Assembly: GCA_963758105.1 (NCBI GenBank)
Contig: CAVWUC010000002.1
Coordinates: 948,167 to 1,012,166 of the forward strand
DNA length: 64,000 nt
Direction of reading: 5' to 3'
Origin: an uncultured Acidobacteriaceae bacterium
GTDB lineage: Bacteria; Acidobacteriota; Terriglobia; Terriglobales; Acidobacteriaceae
The notes under the pieces were generated by a model that worked only from the letters and a program-made list of their open reading frames with translations, was not told where the DNA came from and made no database searches. A program made the translations under genes and the position numbers. Shown in pieces: positions 42,479 to 51,066 of this stretch. Each line of letters begins with the position of its first letter. The stretch's first letter is position 1.

Positions 42479-44680
42479 ATGGCCAGAACCACGCGCAAAC
42501 AAAAGCTCTTCAACGGCCGCGACCACTCCTGGATGGAGTTCAACAAGCGGGTCCTGGAAGAGGCCGAGGATGCGGCCAATCCGCTGCTGGAGCGGGTGAA
42601 GTTCCTGGCGATTACCGGCTCGAATCTGGACGAATATGTGGAAATACGGCTGGCCGGCCTCATGCAACGCATCGAGGACGGATACCGCGAGCCCGGCTAC
42701 GACGGCTTGAGGCCCGACGAATCCCTGGCCACACTCACCGCCGACATTCACGCCTTTGTCGCCGCCCAGTACCGCTGCTGGAACGAACGATTGTTGCCGG
42801 AGATGCGCGCCAGCCGCGTCAGGCTGCTCGACTGGGAGGAGCTGGACCAGGAGGCCAGCAATTTTGCCCGGAGCTACTTCCAGCGCGAGGTCGATCCACT
42901 GCTGACGCCGATCTCGATCGACCCGGCCCATCCCTTCCCGCGCGTACTCAACAAGGCCCTGTGCCTGGCCCTGCTGCTCCGCGCCAAACGCCGCAGCAGA
43001 GGGCCGCAGGTGCTGGGCGTGGTCACGGTGCCGCGTGCGCTGCCCCGGTTTGTGCGCCTCCCTTCGGCCGAAGGCTCCTTCGACTACCTGTTGCTGCAGG
43101 ACCTGATCGCGCAGAATCTGGCCGGGATGTACCGCGGCTACGAGGTGCTGGCCCACACCGCCTTCCGCGTGACGCGCAACTCGAACCTGTATATCGAGGA
43201 AGAAGAGGCGCGCTCGCTCCTGGAGTCCATCCGGTTCGAGTTGCACAACCGCCGCAAGGGCGACGCCGTGCGCCTGGAGATCGAGGCCGGCGCAGACCCG
43301 GAGATCGCCGAGCGGCTGCGGGTGAACTTTGAGCTGGACGAGGATCAGGTCTACCGCGTGGACGGGCCGGCGAACCTCTCGCGGCTGATGTTTTTTTATG
43401 ACAATGTGAAGAGGCCGGACCTGAAGTTTCCGCCCTTCACGCCGCGCCCGCTGCATCTGAGCCGCCAGTCCAACACCATCTTCGACGAGCTGCGCGAGCG
43501 CGACATTCTGCTCCACCATCCCTACGACTCCTACGACCCGGTGGTGGAGTTCATCCGCCAGGGCGCTGAGGACCCGGCCGTGGTCTCGATGAAGCAGACT
43601 CTCTACCGCACCAGCCAGGATTCGCCGGTCTTTGCCGCGCTGATTGAGGCCGCGGCCACCAAGGAGACCACGCTGGTGGTGGAGCTGATGGCCCGCTTTG
43701 ACGAGGCCTCGAATATCCGCTGGGCCCGCAGCATGGAGGACGCCGGGGTGCAGGTCTTCCACGGCGTGGTCGGCCTCAAGACGCACTGCAAGCTGGCCCT
43801 GCTGGTGCGCCGCGACGAGGACGGCGTAACCCGCCGCTACTGCCACCTCGGCACCGGCAACTACAATCCCGTCACCGCGCGGTTTTACACCGACCTGAGC
43901 CTGCTCACCAGCGACCCGCAGATCACCGAGCGCGTCCACATGGTCTTCAATTACCTCACCGCCCACGCCGAGGTCGACGACTACAGCCCGCTGCTGGTGG
44001 CCCCGCTCACCATGGCGGAGAGTTTCCTGCGCTTGATCCGCCGCGAGCAGGAGCACGCCCAGGCGGGCCGTCCCGCGCACATCATCGCCAAGATGAACGC
44101 GCTGCTGGAACCCTCGGTGATCGAGGCGCTGTACCAGGCCTCGCAGGCGGGCGTGGAGATCGACCTGATCGTCCGCGGACTTTCGATTTTGCGTCCGGGC
44201 GTGAAAGGGCTCTCGGAGCGGATTCGCGTGCGCTCCATCGTCGGCCGCTTCCTGGAACACTCGCGCATCTATCACTTCGCCAATGGCGGCGACAGTGAGA
44301 TCTACCTGGGCTCGGCCGATTGGATGCCGCGCAACCTGTTCGAGCGCTGCGAGGTGGTCTTTCCGGTGCGCGATCGGGCGGTGCTCAAGCGCATACACGA
44401 GGAGATCCTGCCCGCCTACTTGACCGATACCGTCAAGGCGCGGCTTCAGCAGCCCGACGGAAGCTATATCCGCGCCAACAAGGTGAACAAGGAGGCTCCG
44501 GCGTTCTCCAGCCAGGATTTCCTCATCCAGTTAGCCGAGGGAAAGGTGGGGTTGGAGGCAATTCCTCGCGAGGGCAGACTCGCGGTCGAAGCAAGCGCTC
44601 CGCGCCCCACGAACACAAGAGCACACCGGAAAGCGCGGCCATCGAAGGCGGCCAGCAGCACAGCGCACGCGGCCGACTGA
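42479..44680 (+). CDS. ppk: Polyphosphate kinase 1
   Basis: 733-aa ORF NGRDHSWMEFNKRVLEEAEDAANPLLERVKFLAITGSNLDEYVEIR...HCKLALLVRRDEDG...YCHLGTGNYN...IVGRFLEHSRIY matches canonical PPK1 motifs. Confidence 0.97.
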   Translation: MARTTRKQKLFNGRDHSWMEFNKRVLEEAEDAANPLLERVKFLAITGSNLDEYVEIRLAGLMQRIEDGYREPGYDGLRPDESLATLTADIHAFVAAQYRCWNERLLPEMRASRVRLLDWEELDQEASNFARSYFQREVDPLLTPISIDPAHPFPRVLNKALCLALLLRAKRRSRGPQVLGVVTVPRALPRFVRLPSAEGSFDYLLLQDLIAQNLAGMYRGYEVLAHTAFRVTRNSNLYIEEEEARSLLESIRFELHNRRKGDAVRLEIEAGADPEIAERLRVNFELDEDQVYRVDGPANLSRLMFFYDNVKRPDLKFPPFTPRPLHLSRQSNTIFDELRERDILLHHPYDSYDPVVEFIRQGAEDPAVVSMKQTLYRTSQDSPVFAALIEAAATKETTLVVELMARFDEASNIRWARSMEDAGVQVFHGVVGLKTHCKLALLVRRDEDGVTRRYCHLGTGNYNPVTARFYTDLSLLTSDPQITERVHMVFNYLTAHAEVDDYSPLLVAPLTMAESFLRLIRREQEHAQAGRPAHIIAKMNALLEPSVIEALYQASQAGVEIDLIVRGLSILRPGVKGLSERIRVRSIVGRFLEHSRIYHFANGGDSEIYLGSADWMPRNLFERCEVVFPVRDRAVLKRIHEEILPAYLTDTVKARLQQPDGSYIRANKVNKEAPAFSSQDFLIQLAEGKVGLEAIPREGRLAVEASAPRPTNTRAHRKARPSKAASSTAHAAD

Positions 44681-44746
44681 GCGCACTGTGCCGCTTTACC
44701 TGCATATCTGACCCGACACGTCATAGTCGCCCATCAGATTCGCGCA

Positions 44747-45682
44747 TCAAGGCTGCCCCGGCGCAATGTAGATCTCTTTGGGCGCGCTCACCTCCGAGCC
44801 TGGAGCGGCCAATTTCAGCTTCATCGCCTCCACCTCCGGCTTGCGGCCGAGTGGCGCGCTCACGCCAAGTTCGTACTGGTTCTGGAACCGCCGCAGCATA
44901 TCGTCGAAATACGGAGTGAAGGTGACGGGATGGCCGGGTCCAAACCAGTAGCTCTTGCCGCCAGTCACTGAGGTCAACTGCAGCAACAGGTTCTGGCCGG
45001 CGTCATTCTCATAACCGGTGGCGTCGATCCACCCCTGGCTGACCCAGTAGATCGAATAGACGACCAGATGTGCGCGAGTCGCGTCCGCGATGGCGGCTTG
45101 CACGTAGGGATCGTTCGCGTTGTACTGCAGTTCGTAGCGATCGACACCGTCAGTGATCATCAGCACCTCTCGGCGCGCCGACGCGTCCTGCGACGGCCAG
45201 TGCTTGGCAAGCGAGGACAGGCAGAAGTACGGGCTGGACTCCACTCCCGGCACGCCGTTCGGCAGACGCAGCGCTTGCAGCACTTGCGCACGATCCGCGC
45301 TGAGCGGCGCAACGAATCTCGCGCGCCCCAGCATCATGTAGGCGAGACCGACCTTGGTGTTCGGCGGCAGCGTCTTGACGAACTGCGCAATCTCCTTCAA
45401 ATGGATGCCGAGGCTGGTGTGCGCCGAGCCGTCGATCAGCAGAACCAGCTCAAGGGGACTGGACGAAGCCTGCGTCCAGTCGGTCACCTGCGCCAGCTTG
45501 CCTTCCACGTGGATCGCCAGGTCCTGAATGTTGACATTTGCGGGCGGCGCTTCCTTGTATTTCGGCAGCACGGTCACGGTGGTCTGGCCCTGGCCCTGCT
45601 CCGCGGCAACCGGCAGGCATGCGGGAGCCGCCGCAAATAAGAATGCGGCAGGCAGCAAAACAAAGAACTTCACCCTTTTCAT
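44747..45682 (-). CDS. VWFA-like secreted protein
   Basis: Signal peptide MKRVKFFVLLPAAFLFAAAPA. LELVLLIDGSAHTS (MIDAS-like), VLMITDGVD. GGGAG SD before ATG 45682. Confidence 0.7.
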   Translation of the reverse strand: MKRVKFFVLLPAAFLFAAAPACLPVAAEQGQGQTTVTVLPKYKEAPPANVNIQDLAIHVEGKLAQVTDWTQASSSPLELVLLIDGSAHTSLGIHLKEIAQFVKTLPPNTKVGLAYMMLGRARFVAPLSADRAQVLQALRLPNGVPGVESSPYFCLSSLAKHWPSQDASARREVLMITDGVDRYELQYNANDPYVQAAIADATRAHLVVYSIYWVSQGWIDATGYENDAGQNLLLQLTSVTGGKSYWFGPGHPVTFTPYFDDMLRRFQNQYELGVSAPLGRKPEVEAMKLKLAAPGSEVSAPKEIYIAPGQP

Positions 45683-45987
45683 GTTCTTGCTCCCTTCCAG
45701 GGCCTCCGCGCGAAGCACTTCGAGCCCTGTTGTCTGTTTAGATGTTCCGGCGCCGGAAAAGGCATAAGTATTCCGGACGGCCGCGCCCGGCTGACTGCGT
45801 ATCTTCTCTTACAATTGAAGATGTGCTGCAAGTCTTCCCCAAGCCGCGCACAAAGCTCCTTACCTTAAACCGCAGCTCTGAATCCGATGCCACCCGCGCG
45901 CGGGTGGCGGCCGGTCTTACCCGGATTGGCGCCGCCAGCGCGGGCATTGGAGCCGTCAGCACGCCAATTCTTGACGCGCCGCGCCTC

Positions 45988-46815
45988 ATGCGCCTCTGGC
46001 ACCTGGCCAGTCTGGACGCGCCCACCGTGGCCGCGGTCTGGACCCTCGGCTTCAGCCGGGCCGCCGGCGTGCGCCTGCCTTACTGGGTTCCGCTCCTGGT
46101 GGCGCTGACCGCCTGGGCCGTGTACATCGCGGACCGCCTGCTGGACGTGCGCGCCAGCCTGCGTACCGCGCCGCACCGGCTGCGCGAACGGCATTTCTTC
46201 CACTGGCGCCACCGCAAAATCTTCGTTCCGCTGGGCGCGGCAGCGGCCTGCGCCGCCGCCTGGATCATTCTGGCGCGGATGCCATCAGCCATGCGCCAGC
46301 GCGACTCGGTGCTGGGCGCCGCGGCCATGGTCTACTTCACCGGGGTGCACGCGGGGCGCGGACGGTCGCGGCTGCTGGCTGCGCTGCTGAAGAAAGAGTT
46401 GCTGGTGGGGGTGCTGTTCACCGCGGCCTGCGCCCTGCCGGCCTGGTATCAACGATGGCTTGCGGGACGGGGCGCGCCGGCTTGGCCGTTTCTCGCCTTG
46501 GTGCTCCTGTTTGCTCTGCTGGCCTGGCTCAACTGCCACCTGATTGAGCGCTGGGAGACGGGCAAAGACAGCTTGCCTGGCGCGCACCGAGTCAATCCGG
46601 CCGCCGCTCTGGTTCTGGCCACGGCCTTGCTTGCCACCGCACTGTGCGCCGCTCATCCGCGGGCCGCCGCGCTGGCCTCTGCCGCGGCCCTGAGCGCGTT
46701 GCTGCTGGCCCAACTCGACCGGCTGCGCGCCCGCTTGACCCCGGTGGCCCTGCGCGCCTCCGCCGACCTCGTCCTGGTGACGCCGCTGCTGCTGCTGGCC
46801 CTGGCCTTGCGATGA
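45988..46815 (+). CDS. Polytopic membrane protein (family not recognised; start uncertain)
   Basis: MRLWHLASLDAPTVAAVWTLGF...LVALTAWAVYIADRLLDVR... with multiple hydrophobic helices. Its stop overlaps the ATG of the next gene (ATGA). Confidence 0.6.
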   Translation: MRLWHLASLDAPTVAAVWTLGFSRAAGVRLPYWVPLLVALTAWAVYIADRLLDVRASLRTAPHRLRERHFFHWRHRKIFVPLGAAAACAAAWIILARMPSAMRQRDSVLGAAAMVYFTGVHAGRGRSRLLAALLKKELLVGVLFTAACALPAWYQRWLAGRGAPAWPFLALVLLFALLAWLNCHLIERWETGKDSLPGAHRVNPAAALVLATALLATALCAAHPRAAALASAAALSALLLAQLDRLRARLTPVALRASADLVLVTPLLLLALALR

Positions 46816-47504
46816 ACACCGCAACCATCCTGAATCCTGCGCCCGACTTCAATCGGCTCGTCCGCCTCTACCGCTGGATGGAGTACGCGAGCTTCGGGCC
46901 GTGGCTGTGGTGGTGCCGCTGCGCGTTTTTGGATGATTTGCGGAATCGGCGGCACGCGCTGGTGCTGGGTGACGGCGACGGCCGCTTTACCGCGCGCCTG
47001 CTGCGCCTGAATCCCGGCTTGCACATCGACGCCGTCGACGCCAGCCCGGCCATGCTGCGCGCTCTTGCGCGGCGCGCGAGCCCCTACGCAGACAGGCTGC
47101 GCACGCATTGCGCCGACCTGCGTCTGTGGCCATCCGAAACAGATGAACCTTACGACCTGATCGTCACCCACTTCTTTCTGGATTGCCTCGACCCGGATGA
47201 AATCTGTTCGCTGGCGGCGAGGCTTCGCGCAGCAGCCTCTCCCACGGCGCTGTGGGTGGTCTCGGAGTTCGCCGTTCCCTCCGCAGGGGTGGAGAGAATG
47301 CTGGCGCGGCCTATCGTCAGCGGGCTCTACCGCGCGTTTGGGTGGATGACGGGACTCGTGGTGCGCGAGCTGCCCGATCACGGCGCTGCTCTGCGCGAGG
47401 CCGGTTTTTCCCTCCAGAAAAATCGCGTCTGGCTGGGCGGGCTGCTGGCGAGCCAGATATGGTCACCCGTCTGCTGTGCGGCGGATGACGCTTGCGCCTC
47501 TTGA
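46812..47504 (+). CDS. Class I SAM-dependent methyltransferase
   Basis: HALVLGDGDGRFTARLL (motif I), DAVDASPAML, YDLIVTHFFLDCL. ATG 46812 is translationally coupled to the upstream gene. Confidence 0.8.
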   Translation: MNTATILNPAPDFNRLVRLYRWMEYASFGPWLWWCRCAFLDDLRNRRHALVLGDGDGRFTARLLRLNPGLHIDAVDASPAMLRALARRASPYADRLRTHCADLRLWPSETDEPYDLIVTHFFLDCLDPDEICSLAARLRAAASPTALWVVSEFAVPSAGVERMLARPIVSGLYRAFGWMTGLVVRELPDHGAALREAGFSLQKNRVWLGGLLASQIWSPVCCAADDACAS

Positions 47505-47645
47505 GAGTCTTGGATTCCCAGATCAGCCCTGATCGGCTTTTCCGGCGGTCGCGGTCGGCTAGCCAGGGATTGTTACCGGCGTGTTACTATCGTTGCTCAT
47601 GGAGCGGGCTGGCAGGCGCCTTCGCCCCGCTCCGGATCGATCGCG

Positions 47646-48173
47646 ATGAACCTCTATCTCATGCGCCACGCCCATGCCGGATTGCCCCGCGAAAACCCGG
47701 CCCAGGACGCCAAGCGCTCGCTGGTGAAGGAAGGCAAGGAACAATGCGTGCTGATGGCGCGGGTGCTCAGCGCGCTCAATATTCAGGTGGATGCCATCGT
47801 CTCCAGCCCCCTGAAGCGGGCCCTGCAGACGGCGCAGTATGTGGGCACCGAGCTGGGATTTGAGGGCAAGGTGGAGATCAGCCCGGCGCTGGGCGTCAAC
47901 GCCGACTACGCCGCCTTCCAGAAGCTGCTGGGCAAATACGCCGGCCACGAGGGCGTGCTGATGGTGGGCCACAACCCCAATGTCTTTCAGTTTCTCGGCA
48001 AGCTGGTCACCGGTAACGGCGGCGCGGCCATCCGCATGCGCAAGGGCTCGGTGGCCCGCATCGATGTGGACCGCCATCCCCCGCTGCTGCATTGGCTCAT
48101 CGATCCGCGCACGGCCAGCGCCATCTACGACAGCGTGCAGAAGAGCGCGCGGCCCAAGCGCGCGCGCAAGTAG
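47646..48173 (+). CDS. sixA: Phosphohistidine phosphatase SixA (histidine-phosphatase superfamily)
   Basis: MNLYLMRHAHAG (RHxxA catalytic motif), SSPLKRALQTA, MVGHNP. Confidence 0.85.
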   Translation: MNLYLMRHAHAGLPRENPAQDAKRSLVKEGKEQCVLMARVLSALNIQVDAIVSSPLKRALQTAQYVGTELGFEGKVEISPALGVNADYAAFQKLLGKYAGHEGVLMVGHNPNVFQFLGKLVTGNGGAAIRMRKGSVARIDVDRHPPLLHWLIDPRTASAIYDSVQKSARPKRARK

Positions 48174-48186
48174 GCCGCCTCCTTGC
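48118..48186. repeat. 69-bp direct repeat, copy 1 (covers the sixA 3' end)
   Basis: GCGCCATCTACGACAGCGTGCAGAAGAGCGCGCGGCCCAAGCGCGCGCGCAAGTAGGCCGCCTCCTTGC; 59 of 69 positions identical to 49322-49390. Confidence 0.9.
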
Positions 48187-48234
48187 TGATTCAGCAGGAA
48201 GTTTCCAGATGCGCCCAGGGTCAACCCATCCGCA

Positions 48235-49278
48235 TCAGCCCAACGCCGCTTTCGGTTCCCCCTGCTGGTAGCGGTATTCCAGGAAGGCTTCGTACATCGC
48301 GGCGATATTGGCGAGCGGTACGTCCTCAATGATCTCGCCGCAAGCGATGATGCCGCCCTGCGGCGTGCCGATCGAATCAAAGAGATTGCGAATGTAGCGC
48401 TTGACTTCCTCCGGCGAGACAAAGGGCAGCACATGCTGGCGGTCGAGGTCCGTCCGGAATGCGACCTGCCCGGCAAAGGGCTTCAATTTTTCCAGGCCGA
48501 TCAGCGAGCACTGGCAGTTCAGAACGTCCACGCCCAGTTCGATCAGATCGGGAATGATGGCGAGGATGTTTCCATCGCTGTGAAACCAAACGTCCAGCCT
48601 CGCTGCCTTCACCTTGGAGAACATGGCGGCATAAACCGGCTTGAAGAACGACCGCCATTTCCCGGGTGAGATGAGCATGCTGGTTTGCGATCCCCAGTCG
48701 TCGGCAAAGTGCAGGCCCTGGTAGGGATAGGCCAGCCAGCGGTCCAGCCACTCCAGGTTGAAGCGCAGAAGGTCGTCGCGCAACCGGTAGATTTCCCTCC
48801 GATCTTCAGCCAGATCCATCAGCGTGGCATTAAAGCCATGCAACTGCTGCATCTGCTCGAAGAAAACGATCCAGCCGCCGCGGGCGTAATACTCTTCGCT
48901 GTTCCCGCTCATGTGGCCGCTGTAGAGCCGATACCGGGGAACACCCGCGCTGAAGACCGGCCACTTGTAGTCCAGGTAGTTTTCCCAATTCGCGGCAATG
49001 GGAAACTCGACCGGGATGCCGCAGCGGCCCTGCTCGGTGACATGCCAGAGGGTGCCGAACTCATCCCGGTTAAAGCCGGCCTTGTACATGGGCGGCAGTT
49101 TTTCCGGAGGCAGATCCGGCAGCAGCCTCCAGCCAAAGTCCTCCGGAACCGCGTCTGTGATCTTCTTAAGCGCTTCCCCGTAGTGGTACTGAGCCGAGGG
49201 AAGAATAGCATGGGAGATGGGAGGCCGGTCCGGCCCCTGAAAATGGATGGCGCGCGTAACTCGTTCTCTGCTGTTCAC
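48235..49278 (-). CDS. Uroporphyrinogen-decarboxylase (URO-D)-fold family protein
   Basis: VNSRERVTRAIHFQGPDRPPISH...GLHFADDWGSQTSMLISP...VWFHSDGNI...LNCQ... matches the URO-D / MtaA-like pattern. GTG 49278 follows GGGAAAGAGAAG. The longer ORF-track start runs into the repeat. Confidence 0.7.
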   Translation of the reverse strand: MNSRERVTRAIHFQGPDRPPISHAILPSAQYHYGEALKKITDAVPEDFGWRLLPDLPPEKLPPMYKAGFNRDEFGTLWHVTEQGRCGIPVEFPIAANWENYLDYKWPVFSAGVPRYRLYSGHMSGNSEEYYARGGWIVFFEQMQQLHGFNATLMDLAEDRREIYRLRDDLLRFNLEWLDRWLAYPYQGLHFADDWGSQTSMLISPGKWRSFFKPVYAAMFSKVKAARLDVWFHSDGNILAIIPDLIELGVDVLNCQCSLIGLEKLKPFAGQVAFRTDLDRQHVLPFVSPEEVKRYIRNLFDSIGTPQGGIIACGEIIEDVPLANIAAMYEAFLEYRYQQGEPKAALG

Positions 49279-49321
49279 TCTGAACTTCTCTTTCCCGAGC
49301 CTGGCGACCTTCGGCCGGCCC

Positions 49322-49390
49322 GCGCCATCTACAAGAGCGTGCAGAACAGCTCGCGGCCGAAGACCTCGCGGAAGTAGTCCGCCTCCTTGC
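49322..49390. repeat. 69-bp direct repeat, copy 2 (covers the ppx 3' end)
   Basis: GCGCCATCTACAAGAGCGTGCAGAACAGCTCGCGGCCGAAGACCTCGCGGAAGTAGTCCGCCTCCTTGC. The + frame still reads a sixA-like tail AIYKSVQNSSRPKTSRK*; the minus frame is the real ppx tail KEADYFREVFGRELFCTLL*. Confidence 0.9.
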
Positions 49391-50885
49391 GCAGCGACCA
49401 CAACTCCAGCTCCGCGCCGGTGCGCCCGGGCTTGATCTCCAGGTAAACGCGCTTGGGATAGATGCGCGCCGCCACCTGCAACACGTCGCTGGCGCGGTCC
49501 TGGTTGAGGGCGACGGCCAGCCGCATCAGTACCACCGCGCGGCGCACGTTCCTGTGCTCCTCGCTGGGGATGTTGCGCAGCGCGCGGTCGCCGGGCTGCG
49601 GACGGCTCTTGCCCAGGTAGCGCGCCAGGGCCGAGATGGTGGTGCGCTGCACCGGCGCGTAGCCGTAGATTTCGGAACTGGAGACGATGTACTGGGTGTG
49701 CCGGTGGTGGCCCTGGTGGTTGATGAATTTGCCGGTGTCGATCAGCATGGCCGCGGCGGCCAGCCAGTGTTCATACTCGGCAGGCAGCTCGTGCAGCGCT
49801 TTGAGCTCGCGGAAGAGCTGCACCGCGTGCGCCCGGACCGGCTCGGCCTGCTTGAGGTCGACGCCGTAGCGCCGCGCCGTGGCCAGCACGCTCTCCCAGC
49901 GCTCATGCTCGAACTCGCGGTGGGCCATGGCGCGGGCATCCTGCTCGGCCAGCATCTGCGCCAGAACGCCGTCGCGCAGCCCCAGCGGCGAATAGCGGAA
50001 TCCCTTCAGCCCGAAGCTTTCCAGCAGCTCCGCGTACACCTGCGCGCCGGCCACAATAATCTCCGCCCGTCGCGGCCCGATGCCGGGAACCGCCTCGCGC
50101 TCCGGCAGCGCCAATTTGGCCAGCCGCGTGGCCAGCTTGCGCACGGCCGGCGTGGGTGTCAGGCCGGCCAGCAGAGTGGAGCGGCTGGCCGCAGCGGCTT
50201 TGTACGGCTTGCCCGTCCGCGCCGCCAGGCAGGCGTCGCTGAGCGCCGCGGCCGTGCCGGAGGTGGCGATGGCCAGCGAAACCCTCACCGGGCGAATCTT
50301 GCGGTGGGCGCGCCGCAGCTCGCGTAGGATCAGATGGCGCATCCGCGCCAGGCCCTCTTGCGGCGGCGGGTCGGCGGCCAGAAACTCACCGGTGAGGCGC
50401 ACCGCGCCCAGGGGCAGGCTGATGGTCTCGCGGATGCGCTTGTGTTCCGAGAGCGTGACCTCGCAGCTTCCGCCGCCCACGTCGATCAGGATCGCCCGGC
50501 CGCCCGCGCCCTGCTCGGCGCCCATCACCCCAAGGTGAATCAGCCGGCCCTCTTCCAGGCCGGAGATGATTTCAAGGTTCCAGCCGGTCTCGGCCTTCAC
50601 CCACGCCTGAAAGGCAGCCGCGTTGCGCGCGTCGCGCATGGCTGAGGTGGCCACAACCCGAATGCGGTCCACCGGGTGCGACTGCACCGCCCGCTGGAAT
50701 CGCTTCAGGGTGCGCAGCGTCAGGGCCATCGCTTCGGGCGAGATCAGCCCCGACTCAAAGACGCTGGCGCCCAGCCGCGTCACCTCGCGATCCTCGGCCA
50801 GGGTCTTCAGCCGGTGTGCGGCGACCTTGGCGATCTTGAGCCGGCAGGAGTTCGATCCAACGTCAATGGCGGCAAAGGTGGTCAT
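49329..50885 (-). CDS. ppx: Exopolyphosphatase, Ppx/GppA family
   Basis: MTTFAAIDVGSNSCRLKIAKV...RVVATSAMRDARN...IDVGGGSCEV... plus the C-terminal HD-like region. ATG 50885 is preferred to 51023. Confidence 0.92.
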   Translation of the reverse strand: MTTFAAIDVGSNSCRLKIAKVAAHRLKTLAEDREVTRLGASVFESGLISPEAMALTLRTLKRFQRAVQSHPVDRIRVVATSAMRDARNAAAFQAWVKAETGWNLEIISGLEEGRLIHLGVMGAEQGAGGRAILIDVGGGSCEVTLSEHKRIRETISLPLGAVRLTGEFLAADPPPQEGLARMRHLILRELRRAHRKIRPVRVSLAIATSGTAAALSDACLAARTGKPYKAAAASRSTLLAGLTPTPAVRKLATRLAKLALPEREAVPGIGPRRAEIIVAGAQVYAELLESFGLKGFRYSPLGLRDGVLAQMLAEQDARAMAHREFEHERWESVLATARRYGVDLKQAEPVRAHAVQLFRELKALHELPAEYEHWLAAAAMLIDTGKFINHQGHHRHTQYIVSSSEIYGYAPVQRTTISALARYLGKSRPQPGDRALRNIPSEEHRNVRRAVVLMRLAVALNQDRASDVLQVAARIYPKRVYLEIKPGRTGAELELWSLRKEADYFREVFGRELFCTLL

Positions 50886-51066
50886 ACGCGCGTGGGGATC
50901 GCTGGGCCTGATGTAAACACTCTCAGGGCCACGATACACGACCGGCCCTGCGCTTCGCCGCTTGAGAATCCCCCGCGGACTGCGCGGGGAGCCTTGCAGC
51001 AAACCGGCGGCCGTAAACTCCAAACAAATTCGGCTGTTATCCTTGATTCTTACGAAGAAAGTGACG

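Noticed and set aside
42413-44398. 661-aa minus-strand ORF
   Set aside because: Antisense to the canonical ppk1 gene.
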